From positions 21,751 through 85,750 of the forward strand of contig PDPP01000018.1 in assembly GCA_002747515.1 (NCBI GenBank): a DNA stretch of 64,000 bases, given 5' to 3'. The notes beneath the pieces were generated by a model, which saw only the letters and a list, made by a program, of their open reading frames with translations, had not been told where the DNA came from and did not search any database. This stretch comes from Candidatus Moraniibacteriota bacterium (GTDB lineage Bacteria; Patescibacteriota; Minisyncoccia; Moranbacterales; GCA-2747515). Below are positions 40,828 to 50,779 of the stretch, piece after piece. The position numbers and the translations under genes are program-made. Within the stretch, counting starts at the first letter, position 1. The number at the start of each line of letters is the position of its first letter.

Positions 40828-42027
40828 TTATCCAAACATGAGAACATCCGGCTTGAAAATCATGAGTACACCAATGATAAGCATCACGATACCACCAATA
40901 ATTTGTGCGATGCGTGTGTATTTGCTACTAAGACCCGTAATTTTAAATGTAATCATCGCTGCAGCAAAAACGATAAGGTCATCCAACATGAAAATAAAAA
41001 TGTAAAATAAGATATATCCATAATACCCTGCCCGTGATAAATCACTCAGCGTCAAAAGTTGGATAAAAACCGCTGGCAATCCCGCACTACACACCAATTC
41101 CACCAAATTAACGACAAACGCCAAAATAGTAATGCCGATAAGTGCTAAAAATAATTGCTTCTTCTGAATAATACTTTTGAGTTTTTCAAAAACTTTTTGT
41201 TGTTTTGTACCTGATGATACTTTGCATGTCCCAGCGGGATTGGTGACATATTCATGGATACTCCGAATTCCCAGTCCTACTGCCAATACACCAATCACCA
41301 GACGAATCCACGGGATAAATTGGATAAATGTCAACACATTGAGCCACGCCACCATAAAGAGAAAATACACAAATGCAGACACTGCGATAAATGTCGTCCC
41401 TAAAATCCACATCTTCCGACGATCTTTGAGCCCCAAAAGAAGTGTAATAAGAAAAATCAGCACCCACATCGCACACGGATTAAATCCATCTGCCGCGGCA
41501 ATCAGTAGTGTAATCGCACCGAGTGAGTATGTACCTGCATCAACTGTACCGAGAAATGGGAGTGTTACTGGTTGTGCATCAGCATCGTGCTGGACATTCG
41601 CAACATTACTACAATCACTGCAAATAGTACCAACAACATTTTTTCCACCATTCGTATGCATATCTTCTACTTTTTGTACAATTGCCTGACCAGTGGATTC
41701 TGCACTCTGCCATCCGACAAAATATTCGTCACCCACAACAGTAAACGGCACACCAGATACATTCACCATTAGCTCTTTACCCACTTTTTTGAGCAAATCA
41801 ACATTTTGTGCATTTTGCGTCACTTCAAAATCATGTACTGTCACATAGTCTTTTTCACGCGCGAGCGCTTCGAGAAATGGTTTTTCACTCTCACAATGCG
41901 GACAACCAATTGCCCAAAAAAAATATATATCTACCCCATTATCATTTACGATAACCTCCTCTTGTGCATTTACATATACAAGAGGAAATAAAATCAAAAA
42001 ACTGAAAAATATAATTTTTTTCAACAT
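40828..42027 (-). CDS. Thiol:disulfide interchange protein: N-terminal exported thioredoxin-fold domain (CPHC) fused to DsbD/CcdA-type transmembrane domain
   Basis: Signal peptide, WAIGCPHCE CxxC motif, then multi-TM region with conserved Cys (NPCAMWVL...CSAGLP) as in CcdA/DsbD. Confidence 0.65.
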   Translation of the reverse strand: MLKKIIFFSFLILFPLVYVNAQEEVIVNDNGVDIYFFWAIGCPHCESEKPFLEALAREKDYVTVHDFEVTQNAQNVDLLKKVGKELMVNVSGVPFTVVGDEYFVGWQSAESTGQAIVQKVEDMHTNGGKNVVGTICSDCSNVANVQHDADAQPVTLPFLGTVDAGTYSLGAITLLIAAADGFNPCAMWVLIFLITLLLGLKDRRKMWILGTTFIAVSAFVYFLFMVAWLNVLTFIQFIPWIRLVIGVLAVGLGIRSIHEYVTNPAGTCKVSSGTKQQKVFEKLKSIIQKKQLFLALIGITILAFVVNLVELVCSAGLPAVFIQLLTLSDLSRAGYYGYILFYIFIFMLDDLIVFAAAMITFKITGLSSKYTRIAQIIGGIVMLIIGVLMIFKPDVLMFG

Positions 42028-42066
42028 AAAATTTTGAATTATCTAGTGCCTTTTTGAGACAAATTA

Positions 42067-42930
42067 TTATAAATTAGCAAATAATTTAATTTTCTTATAC
42101 ACGACATCATAAACATTCTTTCGCACCTTGTCCATATATTTATACGGCGTAACTGAATCATTTTCTTTCAATGATTCTTCTAAACCATCACGAAACGCTT
42201 TGCGAATTTCTGTATTTACATGCACTATGCGAATACCTGCTTTAATCCCTTGAGAAATTTCCAAATCACTAATTCCTGATCCTCCGTGCAATACTAAATG
42301 ACAATCCAACACTTCTGATAAAGATTTGATTAAATCAATATCAAGATATGGATTTCCACCTTTTACAATTCCATGAATATTTCCAACTGATGGCGCAAAG
42401 AGATCTATTCCCGTTTCTTCAGCAAACTTTTTTGCCACATCTGGATGTGTTTTGTCATCATTTGCACCTTCTGGTACTTCATTGAGTAAAGTGCTCGAAG
42501 AACCAATGTATCCATGCTCTGCTTCTACCAAAATATTTCGTCCTTCCTCACTCTCAACTTTTTTCACATAATCAACACATTTCTTTGTCAATTCAACATT
42601 TTGATCAAATGGCAGTTTTGATCCATCAATCATTACACTATCAAACCCTGCATTTACAGCCTTTTCAATTCCTGTAAAATCATGTGTATGATCCGCATTG
42701 ATAAAAATTGGGTAATCATATTCATTTGCAATACTTTGTACGAGTGATACTGCTTGACGCACACCTATAAAATTTCTCTCACCCTCTGAAACACCAATAA
42801 TAACTGGTTGTTTGAGCTCGCGTGCCGCATCAAATATCGCCCACAAAGCTTCCACATTTGAAATATTAAAGTGTCCAATAGCTATTTTTTCATATTTTGC
42901 CCGATCAAGGCAGTTTTTTAATGATTTCAT
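42067..42930 (-). CDS. fba: Class II fructose-bisphosphate aldolase (FBA/tagatose-bisphosphate aldolase family)
   Basis: 287 aa. His-rich Zn-binding motifs (NADHTHDF, LVLHGGSG). Confidence 0.8.
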   Translation of the reverse strand: MKSLKNCLDRAKYEKIAIGHFNISNVEALWAIFDAARELKQPVIIGVSEGERNFIGVRQAVSLVQSIANEYDYPIFINADHTHDFTGIEKAVNAGFDSVMIDGSKLPFDQNVELTKKCVDYVKKVESEEGRNILVEAEHGYIGSSSTLLNEVPEGANDDKTHPDVAKKFAEETGIDLFAPSVGNIHGIVKGGNPYLDIDLIKSLSEVLDCHLVLHGGSGISDLEISQGIKAGIRIVHVNTEIRKAFRDGLEESLKENDSVTPYKYMDKVRKNVYDVVYKKIKLFANL

Positions 42931-43532
42931 TTCTTTTTTTTCTTACGTTTTAATTTTTTTTCACGCTTTTTCTCTGCGCGAATAAATTGTTTAAATTTCC
43001 AATTCCGCAGATATTTCTGCCAAATATATAACTGACCCGTTGCAATCACAATAAACCCAATAAAGAAAAACCACAAATTTGTGTTAATCGAAAATCGTAA
43101 TTGCTGGTTGATTGCAATAAGAATTGCATATTGTACAAGAAGCATCAAAACGCCTGTATACCATGCATAAATTTTATATTTTCGTTGCTCTTGGTATTGT
43201 GCAAAACATTGAAAAATGAAAAAACCCAAAACCGTCACGCCAGTCACTACAATTGCATAAGAATTCATCTTAGTAAATGTCTCAATATCAGAATTAAATG
43301 CTACAATTGGAAACCAGTTCCACATCTTTTGTACGTGCCACTGCTGAAAAAAAATAAATGCAAAGAGAAAAGTAAAAAATAATCGAAAGACTAAAAGATA
43401 TAAAGATACAAAAAATGTGTGATAAAACAGCATATCCCACAAAAAAAACATCGAACATGTTTTATGTGCGTTTTGTGTATATATATTTTGTACCTCCCTC
43501 GCAATAAGAGGGTTTTGCACATTCTCATCCAT
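42927..43532 (-). CDS. Polytopic membrane protein, hypothetical (201 aa) with K-rich C-terminus
   Basis: 4-5 predicted TM. Stop overlaps the fba start (ATGA), implying operon with fba. Confidence 0.45.
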   Translation of the reverse strand: MDENVQNPLIAREVQNIYTQNAHKTCSMFFLWDMLFYHTFFVSLYLLVFRLFFTFLFAFIFFQQWHVQKMWNWFPIVAFNSDIETFTKMNSYAIVVTGVTVLGFFIFQCFAQYQEQRKYKIYAWYTGVLMLLVQYAILIAINQQLRFSINTNLWFFFIGFIVIATGQLYIWQKYLRNWKFKQFIRAEKKREKKLKRKKKKK

Positions 43533-43615
43533 GTCATATATTATACATGATCTTGAAAATAAAAACCACCGATCTACCCCAAGATACAGTGATTTTTTTG
43601 AATTATTCTTTTTTA

Positions 43616-46600
43616 TTATAATCCTCCCACCTCTAATTGGAAATCGCGTGAGATTTGTGGACCTCCTGCCCCAGAGATATCCACATCAAATGAATAATCC
43701 AACGTCTCAATTCCACCAGTTGTTCGCTCGTGATCAAAATAAACTGCTATACCATTATTTAGATCAAATGGTGACGTTGTTGTTGCACTTACTGGCACCG
43801 TTCCTGGAAATGGTGGAAATGTAAACTGTGAATTTACTGTTTGTGTTGACATCTCAAAAAGCTCCGTATCTGCTTGTGTGAACACGCCACTATTCGACAC
43901 ATCTCTAAATGTTATAAATGCTTCAGAATTGTTGAGACCTATATCATTTGTAGCTGCTTTTATTACACGATATCTTTCTGAATTTCCACTTGTTGCACCT
44001 ACAACTGATATTGTTGGACTGTTTAGTTGATCCTCGAGAAGTGTCGGCACATAATAACCCATATTTGCATTGTAAATGCGTGGCGCATACGCCTGATCTG
44101 CTGTACGAAGATATATACGCACACGCACACAACTGTGATCACTGACAATATCATCCAAAAACGCCTGTTGCGTATTTGTCGTATATGTTACATCCGGATT
44201 TGATGTATCTACTGACGACGCGATAACTGTCGGTGTAATTGATGTATACGTGTATGATGCTGTGTTACATGTTGGTGATGGATCGGCATACCCCACTTCA
44301 TAACTCACTTGTTCCACACCATTTTGCCCACTACGCGAATTCACAAGCTCTTCCCACGTAATGTCACGCCAATAAGTGTGCTCACCATATGTCAGTGTAC
44401 TTGTATCAAGCGTGTATTCCGCATATGCTTCAAAATCATTGCCTGTTGTCGTGCTGTCGCGTCCTGATTCATAAAATAATCCCTCTTCATAATCCGGCTG
44501 ATCATGCACCGGCTCTACATACGCACGTTTACGCACCTGTGGCCATGTCAACCATGATGTTTCATCTGTAACGGCTGCATTTAAATGATGTTCATAATAT
44601 GCATATACCGGCTCTGTACATTGTAAGCTGTATCCCGCATCAAAATAGGCACCATCAGTTGTGTCCGCACCACCAATATGAATACGATTTATGTATGGAT
44701 CTGTGCGTGTACCACCTGTTTGTGGCGGAATATTATTCATTGTGCCCGTACTATCCGTGGTCACTTCTGCACCGGTGTCATCATACACGCGACATGTCAC
44801 GTTTGCATCGCGTGCCACAATACTAAAGTATTGCGCAGGCTGAGATAATACATATTCATCACTAAACTCTTTCTGTGAAAGAAACGTCACTGTTTCAATA
44901 CCATCATAATCTGCAAGACTATTTGCACCAATTGGCGCATCAGACACAATGTGATATCCCATAGCAGTTCCCTGTGCGCCACTACCGGACTCTTCATACA
45001 CAAAGTTATTTGAACTGTTGAGCACAATAGTGGAGGATGTGCCATTGCTTCTATAAATCGTCACATTTGCATCAGAACTTGCCGCAAGAAGCATGTTGCT
45101 ACTTCCAATACCATATAATTCATAGCTACCGGAGTCCTCCTCAAGAGCAAGGTGTGTTGGATAGAGAATCTGCGAATCTCCAACGCCAGCCCGATGAAAC
45201 GCAAGAATCGGTTCATCAGAAAGAATTCTAAACGCACGATTATTTGTAATATCCTGTGCGACATTCATCGCACCATCTTCTCCCACAAAAACTGTTTGTA
45301 GATCAACCCACCCACTAGGACCACTTTCTTGGATATGAACTTCTGTATCAGCAAATGGTGCATAAAAACTAAATGCATCTGTATCACGATTAACGTGATA
45401 CACAAATTCCGTACCGGCATATGCGATCGGCAGTGCTGCTTCTGTTGTATCACTGGTAAATGCTGCATGGATTGGACCGTTAACACTATACACTTCCGCT
45501 TGCACATTATCGGTAGGAGACGAAAATGGCAAAGTAACAATTTCACCTTCATCGACAGTCTCAGAATTCGCACTATCATTTACACTATTGTTATCCGCAA
45601 AAGAAATAAGTGATGGCGTATTTCCTACCCATAGATTATCTACAATATAATAATTCGTTTTTTCGTCTTGTGTGCGAAAAATGGCATCATGATCGCCGGT
45701 TGTTGTGAGAGCTGATGATGTGCCGGAAATCCATTTTTCCGTGAGATATGTCTCAATTTCTGATACCTCTGCTGCTGTCAGTTGTTTATCAAAAACAATA
45801 AATTCTCCAAGTGTAATATCTTGTTCATAAGTACCACTCGGATACCCAGATAACATGAAGTCACTATTACTTCCTGTAAAACTGATACCATTGTTGTCAC
45901 TGGCAATATTTGTTCCATCACGTGCAATAGACCGCGGTCCACTACTGTGCGCTTCATAGCGCATGACATGAAAATCAGTTGTGTCGCCCCCATATGCTGC
46001 TGTAAGATAACCGGAGTTTCCTTGTTGATAATACACCGTCATATTCCACGGTGACCATGCCGCATAACGACCACCACTGAGATTTTCATAAAACAACGCA
46101 CCATTTTCCGGTAAAACATCATTACGAAATACCGCAAAAACATAGGAGTCGTTATGTGTGCTTGTTCCCCAAATACCGTTATCTATAGCCATGTGGTCAG
46201 ATGCAAATTGAAGATATTGATTGTCGCCAACCGTTATCACTGTTGGCTGATTATTGCCAGACGCCTCCGCATCAAAATTATTTCCCGACTTATCATCCCA
46301 CTGCGATACATTCCCGCCAGAAGTTGATAATGTCGCTGTATCAAGTGCATCCAACCACACATGCGGACCATACGTGGATAGATCAATTGTTGGCTGATAG
46401 TAGATATATGCTGTTACAGAAGAACTTGCTCCAATATTTGCAAACTTTATCCACATGTCACCAGCATTTGTGGTATCATCATAATTCTCAAGTGAATAGG
46501 TGATATTATCTGTCCCATCTCCCGCACTACCGGCAACACGAATATCACCACCATCGGATTGTGCACGACCAAAAACCGTGCTCACATCCGCACCCAAATC

Positions 46601-49600
46601 AATACGCATTTGATATTCTGTGAGATTCGTCGAAGATGGATTATTAACAGTAATCGGTACACGTCGCATCCACACGTGCGTTCCATCAATACTCCACGCA
46701 CCGGTTTCTTCTGCACCGGCGGTGTAGTTTGGCGTTGGATAAATAAACTGTTTGTTTTGCACTTCATTCCACGCATTATGCTCATCATTGACGTTCCCTT
46801 CTTCATAATATGCAGAAATCGGATTGTCTGCCACAATACATGCGCCTTTTGCAATGTGTACACCACTTGATGTAGATCCAAAATACGCTTTACCTGGATA
46901 TGTCGCAGCGGCTGTCACAGTGACTGTATCATCCGGCGTGCCAGTACCACATGCCGTACCATCATTATAGAGGTCAACGGTTGTCGTACGCCCTTCTTTT
47001 GTCGCAATCGCAATGTATTGCATGTCTTCTGGAAAATAATAACGATACCCCATCTCATGTGTTGGTAAAAATGTTGTTGCTTCACCACCATCACCATCTG
47101 CAAGTGAATTGACACCAATTGGCCCATCTGCTACGACACGGTGTGCCGGTTCCGATCCTTGTGATCCCGCATCGTTAATCACGTGATTATCACCACGGTT
47201 TAACGTGTAATTCGCCGTTGTGCCATCACTGCGATACACCGTGACATCTGTGGCATCATATAATGCAGCAATTTCAAGTCTACCAGATCCCACACCATAC
47301 CACTCTTCAGATGCCGGTGCCATCACAAAACTATCACTCCCATTTGTTGCATGATGCGTGACGAGAATTGGACAACTGTTTGTCGACTCAATCATCACAG
47401 CAGAATCATTACTTAGTCCCGTCGTTGCATTATTGTCTGTTGTGAGATTGTAAAAATCACCTGTTGTAACAGTAAATGATCCATTTGTCACAATGTTGTT
47501 ATTTTCATTGCGCACCTCCACATTTGCATCACACCACGGCGAAATAAAAGAAAATGCATTTGTCCCACGATCCATGCGATACACAAACGCCGTACCAGCA
47601 AAACTCGCCGGCACAAAGTTATCCGCTCCATCTACACCATACCCGCCACTAATCGGGTCAGTTGTAGAAATACCTGTTGTTTGCTCAATTGTTGCAACAT
47701 TTGACACTGGAAATGCGTGTGTATCTGCCTCATATTGGTTCAATGTATCATTATATGTTTCAACAGAAATCTCATTGTTATCAATATAACTGGCAAATTC
47801 AGTCGTAGACCCATTTGCCGTGTCTTGCACAACGTAGTAAATATCTTCTCGGTTTTGATACGTAAATACTTCCTCACGTGACGCAATATCCGCTGCACCG
47901 GTATTGCCATAATACATGCATACTTCTTCCGTTTCGCCTGCATCAATATTGTCCATTTCAAGCCACACACGTGTTGACGCCGTATTCATGTCGTCCGCGA
48001 CATAATGATGCAGGACATTTTCATCACTGTCGATAAATCGTATATCACTACCATCGGATTGCATTTTACCGTCAGTAACCAATGTTTCTGTATCAAAATC
48101 AAGATAAATTTGGTATTCTGTGAGGTCTGCAGCACTTGCTTGTGTGTGATCCACAGTAAAACACTGACGATACTTCCACACACTGTATTCATTGCTATTC
48201 AACGTCACACACAAAAGCTCCGGACTCATTGTGTTGTTGTCCGTCTCAAAAAATGCGCGCCACTGCACGTAACGATTATCCGAGATACCCGTCAAAGGCA
48301 ATGCCGGCAAATTCACTGTGTCATTCATGAGTTCCGTATAATATGTGCTACCTGTACCATCCGGACCAATAAATGATTCCCCAGAACACGCTGCATCATC
48401 ACAACTACGCACTTGAAATTTCAAACGATTTGCACCACGTCGATACTGATCATATACTTCTTCATCAGTTAACACATCACTCCAAAATGATACTTCATCA
48501 AGATTGCCCTGGTAATAATGATGTGCTCCACCGGAATCATGCATGCGACCAATGCTATCAAAATATTCTGTCTTATTACCGGTATCGGATATCGCTGTGT
48601 CTTCTAAAAACCCATCAACATACACTGCGACTTCGCCACTCGTTGCATTACGCGTCAGTACCACATGATGCCACTGACCATCATTGATTACCGTTGTACT
48701 TTCAGCACCAGCTATATTCCCTGCTTGCACGGCAATGTGGCCACTGCCCGTAATATAGCCCCAAAAAATATCATTACCACCACCAGCTTGCTCTGATCCT
48801 GTAATTCCTGGAGCATTCCATGGTATATTAGAACCATTTTGTGTCGTATTCATCCAAAAAGCCATGCTTGCCGTGCCACCAATGATATTACTAAGATCTT
48901 GGTTAAAATTAACAATATCATCCGAACCATCAAATCCCAATGCATTGCCTAATTTACCACCCTGATTCCACTGCGATCCATTATATGATCCATTTCCCGT
49001 TACGCCAGAAGTATCTGCGATTGGATTTGCAGATTCGTTGAGATGCACAAGTAAAATATTGTCACTCATATCCACATTACCATCACTATACACCGATTCA
49101 ACGCCAAGCGCGTCCGGCAATTCTTTCTCTGTTGGTCGCGTTGATGTCCATGTAATATCTGACCATGCAATCACAGAACCCGCATCAATAATATCTGATT
49201 CATACGTCCCAGCACCTGCTGCCAAACCACTAGATGTTAAATCCACCCACGCATTTGTATTATCCCACTCCGTATCGATAAAATTCCCCTGCAAAAATGC
49301 ATTGGCCGAGCATGTTTGAATATACTCGCCATCCCACCAATCTGTACGCACAGTGTCCGCTGGATGGTCACCATACGAACCGATTGTAAGATAATCATCC
49401 ACTCCTGCAATCGCCACGAGGTCGTCTTCACCAGTCTCAAAATTCCCATTTGAGTAACTCCCACTATCAAATTCTGCTTTTGAATCAGCTGTAGCAACTG
49501 TACGTGTTTCATATTTCAAAATATCAAGTCCTGCACCCACCACATTCTCACTTTCTGTAAAATTTTGCACACGAATTTCTGCCTCAATAAATTGTGGTCC

Positions 49601-49924
49601 ATAATATTGTGACGTAAGAATTGTAAGAATGAGAAAAGTTATTGCAAACATTGCCGCAATACCGCGATAAGCTCGCGGCACGAAAGCAAATTGGACCTGA
49701 GGTCTTAATGGTACAAGAATTTGACTTTTTGGTTTTAAGTCAACTTTTTTTGTCTTTATAAAATTATTTTTGAGCATCTTTTGCACATTTCTCTGTGCAC
49801 TTCTTCGCATAATATGAACACGAACCTTAGCAAAAGCCCTCTTTGGAAAAACAATCAATCTTCCAAGTAACGCTTGAATAATCAGAATCACATATTTAAT
49901 TATGAGGCTTTTTTTGCGGGGCAT
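43616..49924 (-). CDS. Giant (2102 aa) membrane-anchored cell-surface protein with two LamG/concanavalin A-like lectin domains and large internal repeats
   Basis: N-terminal TM anchor (GIAAMFAITFLILTIL). LamG-like segments (GNALGFDGSDDIVNF...QWHHVVLTRNATSGEVAVYVDG; YLQFASDHMAIDNG...FHVMRYEAHSSGPRS). About 500-aa modules repeated (PIGVNSLADGDGGEATTFL vs PIGANSLADYDGIETVTFL; AFSFISPWCDANVEV vs AFSFYAPFADTEVHI). Gly/Thr/Asn-rich. Confidence 0.75.
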   Translation of the reverse strand: MPRKKSLIIKYVILIIQALLGRLIVFPKRAFAKVRVHIMRRSAQRNVQKMLKNNFIKTKKVDLKPKSQILVPLRPQVQFAFVPRAYRGIAAMFAITFLILTILTSQYYGPQFIEAEIRVQNFTESENVVGAGLDILKYETRTVATADSKAEFDSGSYSNGNFETGEDDLVAIAGVDDYLTIGSYGDHPADTVRTDWWDGEYIQTCSANAFLQGNFIDTEWDNTNAWVDLTSSGLAAGAGTYESDIIDAGSVIAWSDITWTSTRPTEKELPDALGVESVYSDGNVDMSDNILLVHLNESANPIADTSGVTGNGSYNGSQWNQGGKLGNALGFDGSDDIVNFNQDLSNIIGGTASMAFWMNTTQNGSNIPWNAPGITGSEQAGGGNDIFWGYITGSGHIAVQAGNIAGAESTTVINDGQWHHVVLTRNATSGEVAVYVDGFLEDTAISDTGNKTEYFDSIGRMHDSGGAHHYYQGNLDEVSFWSDVLTDEEVYDQYRRGANRLKFQVRSCDDAACSGESFIGPDGTGSTYYTELMNDTVNLPALPLTGISDNRYVQWRAFFETDNNTMSPELLCVTLNSNEYSVWKYRQCFTVDHTQASAADLTEYQIYLDFDTETLVTDGKMQSDGSDIRFIDSDENVLHHYVADDMNTASTRVWLEMDNIDAGETEEVCMYYGNTGAADIASREEVFTYQNREDIYYVVQDTANGSTTEFASYIDNNEISVETYNDTLNQYEADTHAFPVSNVATIEQTTGISTTDPISGGYGVDGADNFVPASFAGTAFVYRMDRGTNAFSFISPWCDANVEVRNENNNIVTNGSFTVTTGDFYNLTTDNNATTGLSNDSAVMIESTNSCPILVTHHATNGSDSFVMAPASEEWYGVGSGRLEIAALYDATDVTVYRSDGTTANYTLNRGDNHVINDAGSQGSEPAHRVVADGPIGVNSLADGDGGEATTFLPTHEMGYRYYFPEDMQYIAIATKEGRTTTVDLYNDGTACGTGTPDDTVTVTAAATYPGKAYFGSTSSGVHIAKGACIVADNPISAYYEEGNVNDEHNAWNEVQNKQFIYPTPNYTAGAEETGAWSIDGTHVWMRRVPITVNNPSSTNLTEYQMRIDLGADVSTVFGRAQSDGGDIRVAGSAGDGTDNITYSLENYDDTTNAGDMWIKFANIGASSSVTAYIYYQPTIDLSTYGPHVWLDALDTATLSTSGGNVSQWDDKSGNNFDAEASGNNQPTVITVGDNQYLQFASDHMAIDNGIWGTSTHNDSYVFAVFRNDVLPENGALFYENLSGGRYAAWSPWNMTVYYQQGNSGYLTAAYGGDTTDFHVMRYEAHSSGPRSIARDGTNIASDNNGISFTGSNSDFMLSGYPSGTYEQDITLGEFIVFDKQLTAAEVSEIETYLTEKWISGTSSALTTTGDHDAIFRTQDEKTNYYIVDNLWVGNTPSLISFADNNSVNDSANSETVDEGEIVTLPFSSPTDNVQAEVYSVNGPIHAAFTSDTTEAALPIAYAGTEFVYHVNRDTDAFSFYAPFADTEVHIQESGPSGWVDLQTVFVGEDGAMNVAQDITNNRAFRILSDEPILAFHRAGVGDSQILYPTHLALEEDSGSYELYGIGSSNMLLAASSDANVTIYRSNGTSSTIVLNSSNNFVYEESGSGAQGTAMGYHIVSDAPIGANSLADYDGIETVTFLSQKEFSDEYVLSQPAQYFSIVARDANVTCRVYDDTGAEVTTDSTGTMNNIPPQTGGTRTDPYINRIHIGGADTTDGAYFDAGYSLQCTEPVYAYYEHHLNAAVTDETSWLTWPQVRKRAYVEPVHDQPDYEEGLFYESGRDSTTTGNDFEAYAEYTLDTSTLTYGEHTYWRDITWEELVNSRSGQNGVEQVSYEVGYADPSPTCNTASYTYTSITPTVIASSVDTSNPDVTYTTNTQQAFLDDIVSDHSCVRVRIYLRTADQAYAPRIYNANMGYYVPTLLEDQLNSPTISVVGATSGNSERYRVIKAATNDIGLNNSEAFITFRDVSNSGVFTQADTELFEMSTQTVNSQFTFPPFPGTVPVSATTTSPFDLNNGIAVYFDHERTTGGIETLDYSFDVDISGAGGPQISRDFQLEVGGL

Positions 49925-49955
49925 TGCAATTTTATTTTAGAGGCAAACTTTTGTT

Positions 49956-50555
49956 TTATAATTTATTTTTATCTACAACTTCTGTATCTGGCACATCAAC
50001 ATAATGAGAATTATCTGGATCATCACCAGAATCAATAAATGTCTTTTGTTTTTTCGTTTCTTTTTTTATTTCTTCAAAACATTCTTTATCGTCTAATGTT
50101 CCACTACTCGAAAGCACTGTATAATCATTAAGATCAATCACTGTTGTGTAAACTGCATTATTTTTTCCTGTAATTAATTCAACAATCAATTGATCTTGAT
50201 ATCCCTCATTTTGCACAAAAATTTTATTGATTTCATAATCTTCAATGCAGTCTAATATATCATCATCACAATCATCACACACCTTTGGTAATGTATTATT
50301 GAGAATATCCTTAAGAACATCATCACTTGGTAATTTTGAGAGATCTGGTGAAATAACAATATCATTAACAGGTTTTTCCTTCTTTTTTTCTGGCGTAGAA
50401 AGTGAAACAAAAACCTCTCTTTTTTGATAACCATATGTTATATATGCAGCAATACTCATAATAATTACTGACACAACGGAAAGAAAAATATAGAAACGCG
50501 CAATATTTTGCGTTTTTTCCATATTTTTTTTATTGTTTGAATTTTGATGGGCCAT
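49956..50555 (-). CDS. Membrane-anchored acidic hypothetical protein (199 aa), first gene of the giant-protein operon
   Basis: Single N-terminal TM (FYIFLSVVSVIIMSIAAYITY), D/E-rich Cys-containing ectodomain. 31 nt upstream of the giant ORF. Confidence 0.45.
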   Translation of the reverse strand: MAHQNSNNKKNMEKTQNIARFYIFLSVVSVIIMSIAAYITYGYQKREVFVSLSTPEKKKEKPVNDIVISPDLSKLPSDDVLKDILNNTLPKVCDDCDDDILDCIEDYEINKIFVQNEGYQDQLIVELITGKNNAVYTTVIDLNDYTVLSSSGTLDDKECFEEIKKETKKQKTFIDSGDDPDNSHYVDVPDTEVVDKNKL

Positions 50556-50585
50556 CTATGATAAATTATAAGTAGCTAAAAAAAA

Positions 50586-50645
50586 GAAAAAACGGGTGAA
50601 AAGATATCGTGCATGCCAAAAAGCACCACTTCTTTTCACCCGTAT
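50586..50645 (-). terminator. Intrinsic terminator, copy 1 of a tandem about 60-nt hairpin element (12-bp stem ACGGGTGAAAAG/CTTTTCACCCGT, T-run on minus strand)
   Basis: On the minus strand the stem is followed by CACCCGTTTTTTCTTTTTTTT. Nested inner hairpin in loop. Confidence 0.55.
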
Positions 50646-50685
50646 TTAACTCAAAAGAACTAAGATAACGTAATTAATAAACTAA

Positions 50686-50743
50686 AGAAAAACGGGTGAA
50701 AAGAATCGCACGCCAAAAAAGACTTGCTTCTTTTCACCCGTAT
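50686..50743 (-). terminator. Intrinsic terminator, copy 2 of the tandem hairpin element (same 12-bp stem, different loop)
   Basis: Same stem arms as copy 1, followed by T5 on the minus strand. About 40 nt downstream of gene 50780..51523. Confidence 0.55.
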
Positions 50744-50779
50744 TAACTTTTAGAGAACTTTCTAAATCTTAAAAGAGAC

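Noticed and set aside
43616-49924. About 20 short ORFs (60-123 aa) on both strands inside the giant gene
   Set aside because: All are nested within or antisense to the continuous 2102-codon ORF; statistical by-products of a long GC-richer gene.
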